Source of the DNA: Eledone cirrhosa
Lineage: Eukaryota
DNA: 64,000 nucleotides
Direction: 5' to 3'
Assembly (NCBI GenBank): GCA_964016885.1
Contig: OZ024740.1
Span: forward strand, 77,624,001-77,688,000
The notes beneath the pieces are model-generated. The model had not been told where the DNA came from. It searched no databases and worked only from the letters and a program-made list of their open reading frames with translations. The position numbers were made by a program, and so were the translations under genes. Below, piece after piece: positions 57,404-64,000 of the stretch. Position 1 is the stretch's first letter, and every line of letters starts with the position of its first letter.

Positions 57404-58836
57404 TTATATGTATATATATATATGTATAGAAATATATGTATATATCTGTTAGAACACGAAAAGTGTGAAACAACAGAATGTTCACTTTTCGTGTTCTAAC
57501 ATATATGCGTAGCTTCTTAAAAAAATTTTCGGGGATAGCCGTGGTGGTGGTGATCGTATGTCATTGGCTAATTTTCAACCAATCAGAGTACCTCTCTCTA
57601 TATCTCTTCCACTGTTACTTACGCCTGTTTCTCTCTATCTGTTCCGTCTCTATTCTTTCGCTTTGCACTCCTCCCCTTCAATACCATCTCTCCCCCTCTC
57701 TATATATTTGTTACTCTATCGCTGCACGCTCCTCTCCTTCAATATATCAATTACACACGCTTTACACTCCTTTATCCCCAGCGCCCCTATATATACACCC
57801 CCCCCTCTCCCGCATCTATATTTTAATGTACCGTTGCACCGTGAATATATGTGTCTATATATATATACATATATATTGTATATACACATTCATGTATGTG
57901 TATACACACTCATGTATGTATATACACTGGTTTTATGTGTGTATTGTAAATTTGTACTGTTAAAACACGAAACTAACATTCGATTGACACTTTGATTACC
58001 TGTACAGGCAATAGTTATTAGAATGCTGTTGAAGTGTGTATATATTTTGGGGGGACATCCTGTATATACACACATTATATATAATACAATAAACAGATAA
58101 ATACACACATATATATATGAGCTTATTTAATTATAAATATTGTGAATTTTTAACTCAGTTCAATTATATATATAAATGGTTTCTACAGGACTAGAACTGT
58201 TTCATTCGAAAGAAATCATCATAATATTGAGAGGGGGGACTAGATAAAATATTTCAAATCAAATGTGTATAAGTTATAAGTTAAAATGTATAAATAGAGA
58301 CGATAGTGGAGGTATATCTGTTTAGTGGAACAGTAGACGATAGAATTAAATACAGACGATAATCTCCCTTTAATGAAACAGCAGACGATAGAATTAAGGC
58401 AATTTAAATTTTAAGCATTTGCATTTTTGCCTTTCATCGTTACGGGGTCGATAAAATAAAGTACCAGTAATACACTGTCACTAGACGACTTTCAAATTGA
58501 ATTGTTGGTTCCATTTCTTTAGTATTTTCAATTGTAGTTATCTACTTAAAAAGCGTTACACGGTTAGAGACATAATTCGTAAGTTATATCTTCCCTATTA
58601 AACCATTGCATTATTTCGCCTACAATAGAACAAAAATGAAATGTTCTTTAAAGAAACAGGAATATAACTTTATAAAAAAAAAAGTTGCATCCGCTTCTTT
58701 TATCATTGATAATTTTTTCGTTTTAATATTAATTGTTTTTTGTAGTTGTTTATATTAAAAATCTTACTGTAATATTTACTTAAACGAAGGCAAACATCTA
58801 AACTTATAGATTAATCTTGAGCGAAGGACTAGATAA

Positions 58837-58887
<51 letters not shown>

Positions 58888-59274
58888 AACGAAGAATGAT
58901 AAAATTTCAAGCAAAGAGTTTAATTAGGTATATTTTGTAATATTATTAACTAATTATTATAATTAACGCGCATATTTTGCTATCCTCAAACACGTTTACA
59001 CATGGCATGAAATATAACTAATCCGAGATGGCTAGGTTTCATCTTCTAACTGGATATACGAAATCCATTATGTCTTGACAACAACATGAGGTAACATTAT
59101 GTTATTCACAGACACACTTTGTACACTGTTCCATATCAGAATGTATTTCCTTCGTCACATTCACAAACAGTATTGAAAATATGTTCTTCGGCAAATAAAA
59201 ATGTTTTGTTCATAATATTTCAACTAGCGATTGCTCTACTCCACGCACGACCACCATAAATTAATGACCAGCTC

Positions 59275-59450
59275 AACACAAGTATTGGTAGAGCGTCAGA
59301 CACCATGCTTTGCAGTATTGTTATGGTCCTTTGCATTCTAAGTTCAAATCCTGCCGAGGTTAACTTCGACTTTCATACTTACTAATTCGATAAAATAAAG
59401 TACCAGTAATGGACTGCCGTAATGGATTTGTGCCGAAAAATAGAAACACT
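59275..59450 (+). mobile_element. diverged family-1 SINE
   Basis: AGTTCAAATCCTGCCGAGGTTAAC...GATAAAATAAAGTACCAG. Confidence 0.7.
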
Positions 59451-60005
59451 ATTAATGTGCAATAAGAGCAAAATATAACGACATTGCTCAATTATTTTAT
59501 CTAATGTTGTAATAACACAAGGAAATGTTGTTTGTGTATTTTTTTTTATATTTGCTCATAGGCTTTTACAATTTCGCTCAGCCAACAACTATTAAAAAGT
59601 GAGTTGCTTAAGATAACAATTTAATCACAAATTGTTGCTATCTTTTAATACACTCCAACAAGTCATCAAATTATGTACAATAAAAACAAATCTTATTAAT
59701 TTGCTCAGGGAATATAAAGAAAATGTATATACACTGATAATTGCAATTGTATGTAAATATTTTGTTTTTGTATTGTATATTTTATGTTTTCTATTATGTA
59801 TAATATATTGATTTAATATTGATTGTTTTTTGTAGTTGTTTATATTAAAAGTCTGAAAATATTTTTATACATCTTACACTAATATTTATAAGATAATTTA
59901 TAATAACAATTACATAATCTAATTACATTACAACGATAATTTATTATTAATATATATCTTGTTTAACTAGAGTTATTACAAGCGTTGCCTTAAAAAAATA
60001 TTAAA

Positions 60006-60961
60006 CTAGACATGAAAAATGCGCAAGCTCAAAAGTGCCACAGAATGTTATAATAAACCTTCAAAAGTGTGGGACTAGAGTTGTTGCTAAAAAATATTGT
60101 AATCATTATATATCGTACATTCTGTGGCATCCTTTATAAAAATAGCTTAAACCAACGAAGCCTTTATTTTTACGCTATTTCACTTAGTTAATTCTTAGAG
60201 TGTAACATATAAAAATAAATACATCTATGTTTAATGTAATAACAGCTATAAATAATTACGTAATATTATTATCATATACTCATAGTAACAAAATAATTGT
60301 GTTGAAACTTAATATGATGCTTATATGAACGATCAAATCTATAATGATAATTTCTTAAATATACTAATAGTAAAATAATTTAGTTATCTATTGTTACATT
60401 TTCATAGAACTATAATATTAACAATCGTATTGCATTATCAAATTTTTATCACTACAAACTTTCATATTGGAATTACCTTAAGCCACTTATTATTACTTCG
60501 CTTTCGTACTTTTACAGCTGTAGATATTGCGCTGTATCTTATATCTAATATCAATATCTCGTGGTAATTTGCATGAAGTGTAAAATAGGTTTATTAATAA
60601 CTTTAATATGAAATGTATTATACAGGGCTGCGGAGTCGGTCAAAAATTGACTGGCTCCAACTCAGGATCCGATACTCCATTATTTCCTAAATTTCAGCTC
60701 CGCAGCTCTGTTATTATATTAATTAATTTATTTTATAGTTGTAAATCATATTTTTATATGTTACACTCTAAGAATTAACTAAGTGAAATAGCGTAAAAAT
60801 AAAGGCTTCGTTGGTTTAAGCTATTTTTATAAAGGATGCCACAGAATGTACGATATATAATGATTACAATATTTTTTAGCAACAACTCTAGTCCCACACT
60901 TTTGAAGGTTTATTATAACATTCTGTGGCACTTTTGAGCTTGCGCATTTTTCATGTCTAGT
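60006..60961. repeat. long inverted repeat, arms about 210 bp (60006-60215 and 60750-60961)
   Basis: ACTAGACATGAAAAATGCGC... and ...GCGCATTTTTCATGTCTAGT. Confidence 0.85.
60623..60710. mobile_element. 88-bp hAT-type MITE
   Basis: TIRs CAGGGCTGCGGAG and CTCCGCAGCTCTG; flanks GTATTATA and TTATTATA (7 of 8 TSD match). Confidence 0.65.
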
Positions 60962-60968
60962 ATATATA

Positions 60969-61029
<61 letters not shown>

Positions 61030-61229
61030 CGAAGGAGTTGTGGTAAGGAACCAGATGGACCATAACGCACCAGAGTACTCAATACTTAGGGTAGTAGAGT
61101 GGGTAATAGGAGAAAGTATGGTCCCGACGGCAGAGCTCAAGCCGTTTCGACGGCTATTTCTGGACGGCTATTTCAATTCAGAAATAGCCGTCGAAACGGC
61201 TTGAGCTCTGCCATCGGGGTCATACTTTC

Positions 61230-61357
<128 letters not shown>

Positions 61358-62241
61358 TGAAGAAAGACCAAAGGTCATTATTGAAACTCTCTGGATTTCG
61401 CGAAATACCTAATATTTTTTATTAGAGAAGGTAAGATATTTTCCCGCAAAAATTTGATTGCAATGTTTTATTTCCACTTATGTATTTTTTGAAAATGTTA
61501 TTTATTCATTATAAATGATAGCATCCTATATGTAGGTGGGCCCCCTTCATCTCCTGGCAACCTGTATTTTTAGACCCAGTCCGCCACTGTATATATATAT
61601 ATATATATAAGGATCGATCGACTTTCGTCAAATCGGACCGAGAAAACAATGTTTCCGTTGGTCTTTCCAGTTGCTAGTAATATCTATCGGTCGCAACTCC
61701 AGGTAGAAGGAGCAACGTGAAATAAAGTGTCTTGCTCAGGGACATAACGCATCGACGGGTCCAGGAATCGAACTCACACCCTCAAGATTGTGAATCCAAT
61801 TCTCTAACCACTCAGCCACACGCCTTTTATATATATATATAACGGCCCCACAACTTTTGAACTTTGATTTTGAAAGTACGTTTATAATTATTAATTTTCA
61901 TTACCTTTTGTATCTGTCGCGGTGGCCTAGTTGGAGGAATCATAGACGTCGGTGATCTTGGTCCGAAGTTCGATCCTGGTTGGTAGACGGGTTCCCACTA
62001 AACCTTTTCAGTTTTTTTTTTCTATGGGATGTAAAAGAAAAACTGAAAATGATTACAGGTATCTCTCGAGCAGGATTGAAATCAAGACCAGGATCTCCAC
62101 CGTGTTGTTGCTCCTACTGAAGGTTAACTTCTAAATCATTTGGGTGTTCCATGAACTACATCCTCGTTTTGTTTCTTATCTATCTAGACTATATTTTAAC
62201 CTGTAATCCATGTTTCATTTCTGTTGCACCTTATCCCCTCC

Positions 62242-62310
<69 letters not shown>

Positions 62311-62869
62311 TCTCTTTCTCTCAGTGATATTTCAATCTACTCTGATTTGGGCTTACCCTATTCATATATATATATAGAGAGAGAGATTCAAACTTACAAT
62401 ATACATATATATACGTTTGTGTGTGTGTATGTGCTTGTGTTTGTGTATATATATATATAATTTTAGTGAGAGAATTAGACAAAGTAAAGTAGTTAATTTA
62501 TTACTTCAGCTTGTCATATTCTGTCATTGTTTCACACGATATATCTTACTCTGTAGATAGAAATACTGAATGACAGATATAGAGAATGATAGTTCCACCA
62601 AAACAGATTTCGCTATGTTTCGATGAGATATTCACATCAACACTACATTGAGTTCTACAATGGTTATAAATACACCCTTAAGTAGGTAAAATACTCCGTC
62701 TATGCAGTACATACTGGCTGACACACGTGCTATTTTGTCAATATTTTTTCAGTTTTTTTTCTTTTCTCACTCTACTTGATCTTTGAATATCATCTTTTAT
62801 TTTTCATGCTATGAAGGTTTCTTTTCCAGTACGAGTACAAAAGGCTTCTTTTCCAGTACGAGTTAGTAT

Positions 62870-63155
62870 GTCAAGACATAGGAGAAGGAAAAGGCCAGAC
62901 AGCATAGCAATCTTCCCATTCTGCATTGGTAGTCTCTTCATCTGGGATGCTACATGCTGTGGCACATTCTCCAGCGGTAACCTGATGTATTCGATTACTA
63001 ACCCAGGCTTCGTTGCTCGTCAAGCCAAAGAGGGCAAACTGTCGAAACATCGGTCGCTCTTCGATAAATTTGTGGTCGAACCTGTAGCAGTGGAAACTTC
63101 CGGTGTTCTTGAATCCCGTAATACATCCCTACTCACAGTTCGTCAAGATCGATAA
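62870..63155 (+). pseudogene. CRE-like RLE endonuclease fragment
   Basis: KRPDSIAIFPF..IWDATC...K..KH..FVVEPVAVETSGVL; homologous to 9441-9850. Confidence 0.8.
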
Positions 63156-63534
63156 AATACGTACCAGGCTTGAAAATATAAGTAGTTGGGTTGAAAATTC
63201 AGGTCCTGTCCCTATATAACCACAGACTAATGACTGTAACCAGTAAATGAATAAAAGAATATGTATATGTGTGTGCGTATGCGTGTGTATATATATGTGT
63301 GTGCGTGTGTATGTGTGTGCGCATGTGTGTGTGTGTGCGTGCATGCGTGTATTTAGATACATACATTACATACACCCATACAAATATGCAAAGATATACA
63401 TATTATGTAAATATAGAAACGAGTCTTTGAACCTGAAAAGTAAATTTTGATATATCCGGATCAAGTCACACTCTCATACACACACATACAAACAGACACA
63501 CACACACGCACACACACACACACAGACATTCACT

Positions 63535-63607
<73 letters not shown>

Positions 63608-63798
63608 TGTAGAGAGAGAGGGGATACCGATAGATAGGTAGGTAGATAGATAGATATATTATGTAAATATATAAATATGCCTTTCAACTCAAAGAATAAA
63701 TTTTCATGCATCCGGGTAAATTATACTCTCACGCGCACACACATACTAAACACAACCTATCATACATAAACACTCACAGATATATACATATATATATG

Positions 63799-63899
<101 letters not shown>

Positions 63900-64000
63900 T
63901 CAATCGGCTAGATTACTTCAACTAATAAATGTACCGAATGCACTCAGATCTCAAAAGCCAATACAAACTTATGAAAATGTTGGGCGGAGTGAAAGAGTAA

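Noticed and set aside
61917-61992. tRNA gene
   Set aside because: A- and B-box-like motifs are present but no consistent cloverleaf; probably a SINE head

Overview
AT-rich, repeat-saturated eukaryotic DNA with no recognisable host gene. The tRNA-derived SINE family and the dense (TA)n/(CA)n/(GA)n microsatellites suggest a coleoid cephalopod such as an octopus (inference). Decayed mobile elements dominate: a Helitron RepHel pseudogene (50.3-54.9 kb), Tx1/L1-like, RTE, CRE-like and R4-like non-LTR fragments, Tc1/mariner and hAT remnants, and many SINEs. The notable signal is non-coding, a high density of hammerhead ribozyme (HHR) motifs read directly from the sequence. (i) A near-perfect 7.3-copy array of a 310-bp unit (44.1-46.35 kb) carries one type I HHR per unit and looks like a retrozyme. 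(ii) A 480-bp family carries the same unusual HHR variant. (iii) About ten dispersed Penelope-type minimal HHRs sit in (TA)n-flanked fold-back elements. (iv) Seven copies at six loci of a covarying RNA motif contain all hammerhead core nucleotides in a non-circularly permuted, pseudoknotted strand order. Most ORFs in the supplied track are microsatellite artefacts. All folds were derived by eye and none has been computed or tested.
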